A stretch of 64,000 nucleotides of DNA from the NCBI GenBank assembly GCA_951406725.2, contig OX597817.1, positions 40,548,001 to 40,612,000 on the forward strand, read 5' to 3'. Made by a program: the position numbers and the translations under genes. The stretch comes from Octopus vulgaris (Eukaryota). Under the pieces are notes generated by a model that made no database searches, was not told the origin of the DNA, and saw nothing but the letters and a program-made list of their open reading frames with translations. The stretch's first letter is position 1; every line of letters begins with the position of its first letter. Below, piece after piece: positions 41,341 through 55,294 of the stretch.

Positions 41341-42338
41341 CCCATGGTCATTCATGACCGAAGGGGATCTTTACTCTTTTACCTCTGTATGGTATTGACT
41401 AACCTCTCCTAATTGCCAGCCTTGTGCTAAACCAGAAAGAATTATTTCCACCACTAAGAATTTTCCAGCATTTTACCAATGGTTCTCAACTGAGGTCCAT
41501 ATGGCCCTTAAGGGACCCAGACATGATTTTCTTGTTAAAATTTATATGCAATAAATCACTTATACTTCTGTATAATTCATCATCATCATCATCGTTTAAT
41601 GTCCGCTTTCCATGCTAGCATGGGTTGGACGATTTGACTGAGGTCTGGCGAACCAGATGGCTGATCCAACTCCAATCTGATCTGGCAGAGTTTCTACAGC
41701 TGGATGCCTTTCCTAATGCCAACCACTCCTAGAGTGTAGTGAGTGCTTTTACGTGCCACCGGCACGAGGGCCGGTCAGGTGGTACTGGCAACAGCCATGC
41801 TCAAATGGTGCTTTTTTATGTGCCACCTGCACAGGAGCCAGTCCAGCAGCACTGGCAACAACAATAATATTTAATTATAAAAATACAGTAAGGATTTTTT
41901 CAATATACATTGAGTTGTTATGGAGGTCCAATAGAGTAAAATAAGAATCAAAGGGAGCCATAAGCAAAAAAAAAAAAAAAAATGGTTAAGAACCACTGAT
42001 TTAATACCTTCTCACTAGTGTTGTTTGTGTTTAACCCTAGGTTAGCTGTGATAGAACAGACTTATGATTAAAAGCATTCCAACCATGATCATTCCTTTCT
42101 TCTCACAAGTATTTTAAGTTTAAGACTCTGTTATCCAATATGTCTGTCCCTTTGCAAGACAGTTTGTGCAATTTGAGGCAAATTTTAGTTGATATTTCCT
42201 TTATGTTGGGTAACTGCTTTAAGTTTCTTATATTGGTTCGAAATGCAGTTTATAAATGTCACTGCTAAAGAGTTCAGTATACATCAAGCCTGACAACTAA
42301 ATAATAATCTTTAAGCAGACTTTCTCCATTTTATTTAC

Positions 42339-42369
<31 letters not shown>

Positions 42370-45300
42370 TTCATTTATTTATTTATTTATTCATATATAT
42401 AAGTTATCTCAAGAAAGTGAAAAAAAAAGACCCTGGCTTTTTGATCTATAATAGACTATTGATTCTAAACTTGTTGTATAAGGAGATTGAGTTACAAACT
42501 TAGGAGTAATGTGTTTCCTGGTCTCAGACCACTTTGGCAAAAAAGTTAATTCTCCTTTATTGATTTCTTTATTAAGCACATAGTGAATTTGTAGTTGTTT
42601 ATAAACATTTATTGAACAGATCTATGATAAAAGACATTCCATCTCTGAGGATAACAGCATTTTGTGTATCTAAAACTACAGTAATTATTTCTGATTTAGA
42701 CATGACAAAGCCAGCAATTTTGAGACAGGGGAGAGGATTGGCTGATACCATCAGCCCCAGTACTTGACAAGTACTTTATTTTATCAACCTGAAGGCACGT
42801 GGCTCAGTGGTGTTAGGGAATTCAGTTGTAAGTTCAAATCCCAGTGGTGTGTTGTGTCCTTGAGCAAGACACTTTATTTCACATTGCTCCACTCCACTCA
42901 GCTGTGTAAGTGAGTAGTACTTGTATTTCAAAGGGCCAGCCTTGTCACACCAAATCTCTCTGAGAATTATATTAACCCTTTTGGTACCAATCTGCCTGAA
43001 ACCGCCTCTGGCTCTGTAGTACAAATGTCTTGTTTTCAAAAGTTCTGAATTAAAATCTTCCACCAAATCTTAGTCACAATTTATGATCCTAACACCAGCT
43101 GAATGACAACTAAATGTTTTACTAAATTCAGAAATTGTTGTTGCAACCGATACCAGTGTTACCTGACTGGCTCCCGTGCTGGTGGCACACAATAAGCACC
43201 ACTCATGCATGGGTTGTTGCCAGTACCAACTGACTGGCTCTCCGTGCCGGTGACACGTAAAAAGCACCATCTGAACATGGTCGATGTCAGCCCCATACCC
43301 CTGGCCCTGACCGGCTCCTGTGCCAGTGGCATGTAAAAAGCACCATTTGAACGTGGCTGATGCCAGTGCCGTCTGACTGGCTCCCATACTGGTGGCACGT
43401 AAAAAGCACCCACTACACTCTTGGAGTGGTTGGCATTAAGAAGGGCATCCAGCTGTAGAAATATTGCCAGATAAGATTGGAGCCTGGTGCGGCCTCCTGG
43501 TCTGCCAGTCCCCAGTCAAACGGTCCAACCCATGCCAGTATAGAAAATGGGCGTTAAACAATGATGATGATGATATGATGACAATGTTGATGATTTAAAA
43601 TCAATTGAAAGAAACACAGAGCATCTCAAAATAAATACGGTAATGAAAGGGTTAAGGGTACACATGTCTGTGGAGTGCTTTGCCACTTGCACATTAGTTT
43701 CTCAAGCAGGCTGTTCCATTGATTGGATCAACTGGAACTCTTACCATCAGAGTGTATGGAGTGCCAGTTATTTTATCCACCTTGGAAGAATAATAGGCAA
43801 AGTTGATCCCAGCAGGATTTGAACACAGAACTTAAAGATTTAGAAAAATGCATATTTTCCAACACTCTGATGATTCTGTCAATCCAGCACACTTGGAACA
43901 AATAAAGCAAGGAATTATATTTGACAATCTCACAATTTGGTCAGTTTGCTGCATTATACTGGTTACTAATTTAGGCACCAAGTCAAAAATTTTGAGAAAA
44001 TGGGCTTAGTCAGTACCATTAATCTCAAGACTTGAATGGCACTTTACTTTATTGACCTCAGTGGGGTGAAAGGCAAAGTCGACTTCAATGGGATTTGATC
44101 TCAGACTGTAAAGAGGTAGAGGAACTGTTTATACATGAGGCCAGCAAATTTGAAAGGATAGGCTTTAGTTGATACCATTGATTCCCAGCATGTGACTGGT
44201 ACTCTATTTTATCAACCTCAAAGAGATGAAAGGCAAAGTTTGACCAAAATATGATATCAATTGTGAACATAGCAAGATATTAATTTTAAGTTAATCATTC
44301 AGAGTATTAAAAAAGATAACATATTTAATCTCAACAGAGGCAAGCATACATACCAACTGAAGTCATTGTATCGCCTTCTACTTCATCTATTCCCTGCGTG
44401 CAAGTTGGTAGAGTGAAGTCATCTGACTAAATCAAAGAAAAGCAATAATAGAAATGTTTAGCCATCAAATAGTCACATTTATAAGACACTGAATGGAAGT
44501 TCAAAACTATTGTCTCAACAAGAAAACCTGCAGAAGAAGTTTATCAACAAAACAGATACTCAGAAATATAACTGATTATCGATTGATTTCATTTACAAAT
44601 ATTGTCCTAGATTAGTACAAAGGAGAAAGCAACTTTGATGATATTTATAATCAATTCCTAGCAACAATGTCATTACTAACATCATGACAAAACTACTATA
44701 ACCATGACTCGCATCACCAACATCAAAACCATCATAAATACCTTTTATTACTGAATTTCATATTATTATCGGTACCATTAACATAATCCATAAAACTATC
44801 GTTGTCATCATTGTCATCATCTTAATCATCATCATCGTTGTTATCATCATCATTTGATGTTCACTTTTCCATGCTTGCATGGGTAGAGAAAAAATTTGTT
44901 GAGGCAGATTTCCTACTCACCAACTCCCATTTGTTTTCAGACAAGGTAATATTTTTTACCCCCCATAGCCTGGTATATTTTTCACAGAAGACTGGAAACT
45001 AACAATCTTGCCTGCTTGATGATGATGCTTGTTAACAGCCACCATGTAGCAGCTAGACAAAGATACACACACACACACATATGTGCATGTGTGTGTCTAT
45101 ATATAAATATATATATATATGTGTGTGTGTATTATGTATGCATATATTTTATTTATTACACTATTGTATGACTGAGTGCCTTCGCGTCGATTCGATTCGT
45201 TTGGTTTGGTTTCGTTTCTTCTTCTTCTCTAAGCTGGTTTTTATATACATATATATATGGATTATATATAACTGAAAATTTTAAGATCTTTCTAATGAGT

Positions 45301-46617
45301 AAAAATATTAAACACTAGTAGTATAACCCGACTTTGCCCGGGATTAAGTTAGGATTATTAAGCTAATCAAGTTCTTTATTTCAAACCAAACTAAGTAACA
45401 TCGACATCAAATTTGGGCGAAATCCATTGATATTGGTTTATATATATATATATGGGCAACACACACACACACACACATACACAAGTACGTATGTACACCT
45501 ATTGCATACATGTTTTTTGTACACATACATGTTTTTGTATGTGTGTGTGTTGCCTGTATATCAACAAACCACTTTTTTTCCTCCATAGAAAAAAACAACA
45601 AAAATCTTAACAAAAACTCACTTGTCGCTAGAAGGGGACTTAACTCCTGTTTGCAAACAATGGTAATTTCTCCGACTTGAAAATTGTTAAAAGTTTTAGT
45701 TGAGAATTTATTTTTACTGCTATTTGCTGGTGCCTCTGGGAAAAATAAGCTGACGAAAATATAGCTAGGGTCATAACGAATGTACTCCTAAAATTGGAGC
45801 GACATGCGTGCTAATTTGTGGATGTGCATAAATTACATTCACGTACACACACACACACACACACACACACATCCTGCCTTTTATATATACAGATGTACAT
45901 CCAATGTATATTCTTTGCATCTTCCTTGCTTTTCAATTTAAAATTCAAATGTCTAATACTACCATGTTTGAGTTAGTAAAGATTACTTCCCTTACAATAT
46001 CTGACCACCAAGGTGCACCACTGTTTAATTAGAATGAAAATGAATAAATAAATAAATAAATACAAATAATACTAAAGTTATATAGGAGAGACTATTGCCT
46101 TGTCAGTTATGGAATATGTCAATGATAATTCTTCACTTGGTGATTGGTTGTTTAATTCTGTAGGAGAATCTGTAAGCAGTGGGTACTGAAGGTGAGCATT
46201 CTGGGAAAACACTGCAACAAAATTAAAAAAAATGAAAACAAATCTCATTCCAATTCTTTTATCTTTTATGTTTTACTTGTTTATCTTTTACTTTTACTTA
46301 ACACAAACTTAACTATTAATTTTCAAGCAGATGGGTCTCTGAGTAATTAATCTCAGTGATTTTATATTTATTTTTCAAGAAGACCCTTGTAAAAGTACAA
46401 TATTGTTTATGAATTTAGAGACTCTTGTTTCAGTCATTTGACTATAGCCATGCTGGAGCACCACCTTTAGTCGAGCACATCAACACCAGGACTTATTCTT
46501 TGTAAGCCTAGTACTTATTCTATCGGTTTCTTTTGCCGAACTGCTAAGTTATGGGGACGTAAACACACTAGCATTGGTTGTAAGCGATATTGGGGGGACA
46601 AATATAGACACACAAAC

Positions 46618-46650
<33 letters not shown>

Positions 46651-48034
46651 GACACACACACATATATATATATATATGACAGGCCTCTTAAAGTTTCTGT
46701 CTGCCAAACCCACTTACAAGGCTTTGGTTGGCCCGAGGCTATCATAGAAGACTCTTGCCCGAGGTGCCATTCAGTGGGACTGAACCACGGAACCATGTAG
46801 TTCATAAGCAAGCTACTTACCACACAGCCACTCCTATTATTTCAGCAAGTACAGTGAAATCTATAGTTTGCTAAAGACCAGAATATGTCTGGTGTTATTC
46901 CCCCATACTTACCAAAAGGATAGAAAGAATACTAGTCACTGCCTTCTCCTTATTATATAATAATTTTTAAGTTATATTTTTGGTACTCCACATTAAATAT
47001 GCTAACACTAATTTAACTATTTGCTTTTCATACAGATGACATTGGAGAAAATAATTGTAGTAATTTATTATTTCATTTTCATATGCTTTTTTAATTGTTG
47101 ACAACTCTATTTCTCTTTCTCTTCTCTTTTACTTGTTTCAGTCATTTGACTGCGGCCAAGCTGGAGCACCACCTTTAGTCAAGCAAATCAACCCCGGGAC
47201 TTATTCTTTGTAAGCCCAGTACTTATTCTATCGGTCTCTTTTTGCCGAACCACTAAGTTACGGGGATGCAAACACACCAGCATCGGTTGTCAAGCAATGC
47301 TAGGGGGACAAACACAGACACACAAACACACACATATATATATATATACATATATACGACGGGCTTCTTTAAGTTTCCGTCTACCAAATCCACTCACAAG
47401 GCTTTGGTCGGCCCGAGGCTATAGTAGAAGACACTTGCCCAAGGTACCACACAGTGGGACTGAACCCGGAACCATGTGGTTGGTAAACAAGCTACTTACC
47501 ACACAGCCACTCCTGCGCCTATGGTTGAGATTTATCATTAAAGACTGATACAATAAATATGAGAAACCTCTTAATCTGTGGTTGGTATACAATGAGGAAT
47601 CTATAAATAAATGGCATACTTTCTAAGTCTCCGTCTGTTAGGGAAGACATCGATGGCCAGGACCAGTTGCATTGTTCTTTTGGAGATGAATATATTTCTG
47701 TTGGAGCACCATAAATATATTGGCTTTTAAATGAATCTCGATCTTCCTGTAGAATTCAAAGAGACCAAAATATGTAAACAATACCATAAAACACAGCTCT
47801 TAGTGTGTGCGTGTGTGCGTGCATGTGTGTGTGTGTGTGTGTTGTGCGTGTGTGTGTATGGGTGTGTGTGATTATGTGTGTGTGTGTATGACAAATTTCA
47901 ATCCATTTTCCATTTGCTACATTCACTCACAAGCCATTGGTTGCCTCAGGCATCTTCCCCAAGAAGCGTTGTGCAGTGGTATGGAAGCTGAAGCCACATG
48001 GTTGCAAAGCAAGCTTCTTAACTGCACAATTCAG

Positions 48035-48102
<68 letters not shown>

Positions 48103-51100
48103 GCATGTGTGTGTGCGTGTGTGTGTGTGTGGAACCAGGATTAGTGAATTCCTGACAAGAAATTTACAGCTCTTGCATCCATTACAAACACTACCTGCTG
48201 CAAGTATGGGATTCCCCATTCATTGATTAGATCTGAAAAGATCATTACAAGCTAAAAGTTACCGAAGAGTGGAGTTCCCCATCTTCTTTTTGACCTACTA
48301 GCAGTATCGCCTGGCGTTGCTCGGGTTTGTAAGGGAAATAACTATATAAACATTTTTAGAGATGTAAAGTATAATAGCCATCTCAATATGGCTAACCACA
48401 AAGGGAGGTTGTTACTGTAGCTTTTTACGTTCTGAGATTTAATAATAAATCTTTAGAGAGTTACTTCCCTTATATATGCCAAAAATGCATTAAAAATGGG
48501 AAAAATTTATGGTAAATTTTTTTTAAAATCGTAGACTCATCGTAGATGCGCGGTAATACCCAGAAGGTTTCGATATGAATCACGACTATAAGATACCCAG
48601 TTTTGGTTAAACTGCACCGCAAAATGTGGGAGTAGTTAGGAATCTAAATCGTAGGAGACACACACAACTTCACTTTTATATATAAAGATATGGACTGGTC
48701 TAAGGGAGATAACCCATCCTGACCTGGATCGTTTATTCATTGTTTACTTATTAACTAATTGAGCATAATGGATTTCTTCCTCCAAAGTTTAAAGAACTAT
48801 ATGGCCTTTGGCTGTAGAGTCTGGTGAGTTGTCTAAGCCCTTTATGGATGCATACGTATGTATATACTTTTATGTTGTTGTGTAATATATTCCTGGTTAT
48901 GGCATATTGCTGGTCAGAAAGCTACCATTGGTTTCACGTTGACTATTACCATTAGCAATTCAGTTGGTTCACGAGATATGTTGCACAAATTCTCTTTAAA
49001 AATGTGCTTTTTTTTCTGACCTGTGGACAATGGGCCACACACACACACACACATGCATATTATCATATAGTAAAATTTTGACAGTTAACAGTATTTACAA
49101 CACCATGTATATTCCTGTATATCTTTAAGAAAACTATGATAAGGATATGTGTTGTAGCCCACTAATTGTTTTTGTCACTACAAGTTAGCCTTAATAGAGC
49201 AAACCTATATTCAAACACTTTCCAGTTATGACTATTCCATCTTCAGTGGCTTACAGTATCTAATTTTATACTGTTTTTTTTAAGATTGTAGGGTATAATC
49301 CGGTTGTTGTTTCTAACAGGTTGAGTGCCTATGTAGATGCTTGCTCTTTCACTCAAAATGGTGTTGGTGGAAATAGCACAATTGACAGTTTTAGATAAGG
49401 AAAAAAATAATTTTACTAATTTGTTTGTTTGAGTGCATGTGTTTGAATGCAATTGTATATGTGTATATATGTATATATGTTAGAGCTACAGTCAGAACAT
49501 AACCATGCTGTTACCATATTCCTGCCGAAATACACTGTTTCAATTAATTTATTAGAAAAACTTATTCCTTATTTAGCTGGTATCTAGAATATAAATTAAA
49601 ATGGAATTTTGATGGAGTAAAGTGGGCATGTTATTGATGAGGTTACAAATGGCAATGAAAGGACTTTGAAAAACCTAGCTAAATGATTGACCAAATGATT
49701 AGTTAATTGGTTAAATGGTTAACTAATTGATTAATAAGAATAAAGAAGTGAAATAGAACCAGTGTGTGTGTACTTATTATTAGTGTAAAGACACATACAC
49801 ACACTCACACATACACACACTTCAGTGCGTGCACACACACACACACACAAACATACACAGAGTTTCTTTCAGTTTCAGTCTACCAAATACACTCTCAAGG
49901 CTTTGGTTGACTCAAGGCTATGGCAGAAGACACTTTACCATGGTGTCACACAGTGGGACTTAACCCAGAACCATGAAGTTAAGAAGCACGTGGCTTAGTG
50001 GTTAGGGCATTCGGCTCACAAGTGTAAGGTCGTGAGTTCAATTCGCGTTGTGTCCTGGCAAAAATGAGTTGTACCTGTATTTCAAAGGGCCAGCCTTATC
50101 ACACTCTGTGTCACGCTGAATCTCCCTTAGAACTATGTTAGGGGTACACATGTCTGTGGATTACTCAGTCCCTTGCACGTTAATCTCACGAGCAAGCTGT
50201 TCTGTTGATCCTATCAGCTGGGACCCTTGTCGTCGTAACTGACGGAGTGCTCCTCTTACCATACAACCACATCTGTACCTGCATATAGATTATTTAAAAA
50301 AGCATATCAAAATTAATTATCCTTCCTTCATGTTTGCTGGCATTTGCTATTTGTATATGCAAAATGGTTTATAAAAACATACCAAAATAAGCTCTCTCTC
50401 TTTCTCTCCCTGTTTCCTCCCTCTCTTATTTATTTTTTTTTTCTCTTTTAATCAATAAAATATACCTCTTGCTCTTCACACTCTTTGATTTTCAGTTCGG
50501 GAAAATTATCTTCAGAGAAATGTTTTGAAACGTTAATATCATATGGCATCTGTAATTCAGAAGAGATATAAATGAAAACGAGCAGTTTTGAATAACTTTA
50601 AAAAAGAAACAAAGTTAAAATGAACTTCTTGTGTTAAGACTGCATGAAAGATTTTTCAAAGAAATCATCTTCAACTACCTACATACCAAATATGAATCTA
50701 TATTTTGCTCTTTTTGTTTCTCTGTAAAGAAGTCTTCATAAATATCAGAATCTGTTGTGAGATAAAACAAAGGAAATGAATGAATATGTATGCATGCATG
50801 TATGTATGTATGTATGTATGTATGTATGTATGTATGTATGTATGTATGCATGTATGTATGTATGTATATGAAGGTGCGTGGCTAAGTGGTTAGTGTGTTT
50901 GGGTCATGATCATAAGGTCATGAGTTCAATTCCCGGCAATGCATTGCATCCTTGAGCAAGACACTTTATTTCATGTTGCTCCAGTCCACTCAGCTGGCAA
51001 AAATGAGTTGTACCTGTAATTCAAAGGGCCAGCCTTGTCACACTTGTGTCACACTGAATCTCCCTGAGAACTATGTTAAGGGGTACATGTGCCTGTGGAG

Positions 51101-52233
51101 TGCTCAGCCACATGCACATTAGTTTCATGAGCAGGCTGTTCCATTGATTGTATCAACTGGAACCCTTGTTGTAACCGACAGAGAGCCAGGCCATGGATGT
51201 ATGTGTGTATGTATTTATGAATGTAGGTATGTATGTATGTGTATGTCATTGTTCAGATTATTTCAAGATTTCTTGCCAATAGATGAAAGAGCCAGTTTCT
51301 AACCTAGATTCAAGGCTCTTTCATTAGAATTTAAACATCAACAACAGGATATTTTTGTGTGTATGTATGTACATATGTATGAATGCATGTATGTATGTAT
51401 GTATGTATGTATGTATGTAGTGTAGGGAATACAACCATTCCCTACATATATATACATACAGATCTGTATGTTTTGTTATATGTAAGTTCCCTCATGCATA
51501 TGCTTGCATATCTAGATATGCTCATATATATTTAAATGATAGACTTCTGGAAAGTTTTACAGATTTTTACAGTTCCAGTGATGGCTTGGATCTGTAGTCT
51601 TTGAATTAGCTTTCTCCTTTCTGTTTTTGAGAAACCTAATTTTTCAAGATTGGTATTTAAGCAGTGTGTTACAAATACCAGGACCCCAATAATTACAGGT
51701 ATAAACCTGAACTTATAATCTGGATAGAGTAACTGCAGATTTCTCAATAGTTCATCATAGGTGTTCTTTTTTTCACTGATCTTCAGCTTTATGTTAACAT
51801 CCACTGGGCAGCTAATTTCCACAACTGTGCACAGTTTCTCTTTTCTATCCCAAATCATTATATCAGGTCTGTTGTGCTTACATTTTACTGAAGTTTTCAC
51901 TTTTACATTCCACCAGTATTTCTTTTTATTGTGGGTTCTTATTTCTTTGTCCTCGGGATTATCCTTCCGATGGATTTCATTATAGAGTGTCCTAGCTGCA
52001 ACATCATGTCTCATCGGTAGATAACACTGTGATGACATTTTCGGGCAACTGCTTATGATGTTGGTGATATCTTCAGTATGAACTCCACAAAGTCTGCATC
52101 AGTTGTCACATTTATGTATGTATGTATGTATGTCATTGTTCAGTTTCAAGATTTCTTGCCAATTGAGTAAGAGCCAGTTTCTAACCTAGAATCAATGGAA
52201 TTTCAACATGAACAACAGGGTATTTTTGTTTGC

Positions 52234-52266
<33 letters not shown>

Positions 52267-53230
52267 TGTATGTATGTATGTATGTATGCATGCATGTATA
52301 TATATGTGCCCTTTTGTATGTTTTGCTTTATGTATGTATTCTTATGTATATAGTTGCATATCTAGACATGCTCGTATATATTTAAATGATAAACTTCTGG
52401 AAAGTTTTACAGATTTTTATAGTTCCAGTGTATGTATGTATGTATGTATGTATGTATGTGTGCCTTTCATCACTCTTGTATAATTTTCATCAATTCCTTT
52501 GATGTTCCCCCTTTTCTTAAAATTCATACATTTCTCTCTCTCTCTTTTTTATTTTAGTTTAAACCTTTCCTCTTTGTTGAAAACGTTTTCACTACCTTCT
52601 CACACATACCCTTTCATACACTCACCTTCCTATACTGATGCGCCACATACCTACTAACCAATACTGCTATACTTCCACACTTGCACACCTCTGTATACAT
52701 ATATATACCATTGTAACACAGTGGAGGCATGTGACTTAGTGATTAGGGTGTTGGACTCATGATCATAAAATTGTGGTTTCAATTCCTGGATTGGGCAATA
52801 TGTTGTGCTCTTGAGCAAAACACTTCACTTCATGTTCCTCCAGTATTCACTTTTACATTCGACCAGTATTCCTTTTCATAGTGGGTTTTTGTTTCTTTGT
52901 CCTCGGGATTATCCTTCTGATGGATTTCCTTATAGAGTGTCCTAGCTGCAACGTCATGTCTCATCGGTAGATAATATCAAGATGACATGGGAAAAATGAG
53001 TAATCCTGCAAGGGACTGGCACCTGGTCCAGGTGAGGAATTTATATGACTTGGAAATCAGGAAACCAGCCCTTATGAGTTGGCATGCCTCTAGAACAGTG
53101 TTTTTCAACCTTTTTACCCTTGGGTAACCCTTAAAATAAATTACATGTCTCAAGGAACCTCTGCACAAAAAAAATTATATACCATATCTTTCTCACATTT
53201 TTTTCATTGTTGTTTACTTGGTAAATATGA

Positions 53231-53269
<39 letters not shown>

Positions 53270-54630
53270 CATATATCATATATATATTGTTGTTATGTTT
53301 TTGATAACATAATAGGTTAGACAGGATGATGTCTATATAACAATATTCAAGAATATGTTTTGCATATTACAATCATGAAATTAGCATTAGCTTATTTCAC
53401 TCTTTCTCGCAGAACCCCCAGGAACCTTTTGTGGAACCCTTGGATTCTAGGGAATCTCAGTTGAGAAACGTTGCTCTAGAAGATAACCTTTACCTTCTTT
53501 TTACCAGTAACACACAAAACATCTCTTCCTTCTTATGTCGGCTTCCAGACATGGATAGATTCTTATATTTACATCCACATGCACTGCTTTCTCTCTTTTT
53601 GACCCCCCACCCCATAAATTAGCATTTCCACCTGGTTTCTAAACCTTTGCCTGTTTTGTTTTACTATTCAGTGGCTCTTTCTCTTTATCACTTTCTCTAT
53701 GCTCTCTTTCTTTCTTCTGATGAAGGACTAATGTCCAAAATATTAAGACACTTTCTCTTTCTATTATAACACTTTATTTGTTATATAACATTTTATTTGT
53801 TAAATTTTGTTGTTGGCCTGTCCTGTTTATTAGGGTTTTTTTTTGTAATTATGATGTGTGCATGTGTTTGCTTGTGTGTATGTCTGTCTGTGTATGAGTA
53901 TCTGTGTGTGTGTGTGAGAGGTGGTTATGTTTGTGTTTATAAAAGCTTAATGAAATTACCTTCAGCTGAAGAAGAATCCTCCAAGCTGATTTGTTCCATG
54001 AAAGGACATACTAATAAGAAAAGAAGAAAATGACAAAATTTCAAAATTTTCTGTAAATTATTTTAACATGAATAATTAAATTAAGTCTGGCTTCTCTTAC
54101 TATTAACAGCCAGTCATAATGGAGGTTATATTATATTACATTATACAAACAAAAGCTGATTCTATATCAATTAATATGGTTCATTTATTCTTTTGTTTGC
54201 TTCAGGCACTGGACTGTAACCTTGGTGGGTTTAATTGACCAAACGGAGTCCAGCACTATATTTAAGTTTGGTACTTATTCAATAGGTTTCTTTTTGGCAA
54301 ACCACTTAGTTACAGGGACATAAACAAACTCACAGAGGTTGTCACATGATGAGAGACAAAGACAATTACTCACATACATACAAACATACATATATACATA
54401 CATAGAAACAGATACAGACAGACATACACACACCCACACACACACGCACACGTGAATGTATTTGTATGTGCGTATGTATGTATACATTTATGTGTGTGTG
54501 TGTGTGTGTGTAAATATATAAGAACAGTGATTGCATGATGGTAGCATTCATTTACAATGAAGTCAAAGTGACAGTAACATACACACACACTCACACACAC
54601 ACACACATGCACACACACACACACACACAT

Positions 54631-54680
<50 letters not shown>

Positions 54681-55258
54681 CCATATACATACATACATAT
54701 ACCTTATATATAATCATTCTCTGTGGGATCAGCCCATTGTAGTTCAGGCTTCTGCAACTACAAGCCACTTAATGTGACCCTCAGGCATCAGTATGTTCAC
54801 TGGTATTATTGAGTGTAGTCCTGCTGCCACATGGTGAGTCTTTGCTTTGCATGTAAATACCGAGTTTAAAAAAAAAAACCTTTTGACAGAAAAAGTTGGA
54901 GACTGCTTATGGGGCCCAAACCTACATCTTCAGTAAACATGACAGGCGTTCTACCATTGAACCGGAGTAATCCTTTAAATTTTTCAATCCATTTTAGAAG
55001 CTTTATTCTTACGAGCGAGAATTGTATGTTGTTTATGTAGTAAGAATTTAGAAATTTTGAGAGATATGAAATAATTTGTTTTTAATTGAGGAATGAGAAC
55101 TCAAAGCAGATAAAGTTACAAATGATAGCATGTAAATATCCTAGGAGATTTCTAACCCAATATTTGCATGCTATCATTTATAGTTTTATATACATAGAGT
55201 GCTTATGACAAATAATTTGTATTTTATTTTCCTGCCTTTAGAATAGATGATGATGATA

Positions 55259-55294
<36 letters not shown>

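Noticed and set aside
54897-54973. Functional tRNA gene
   Set aside because: The anticodon stem and T-loop (no GTTCRA) are broken; kept only as a relic.
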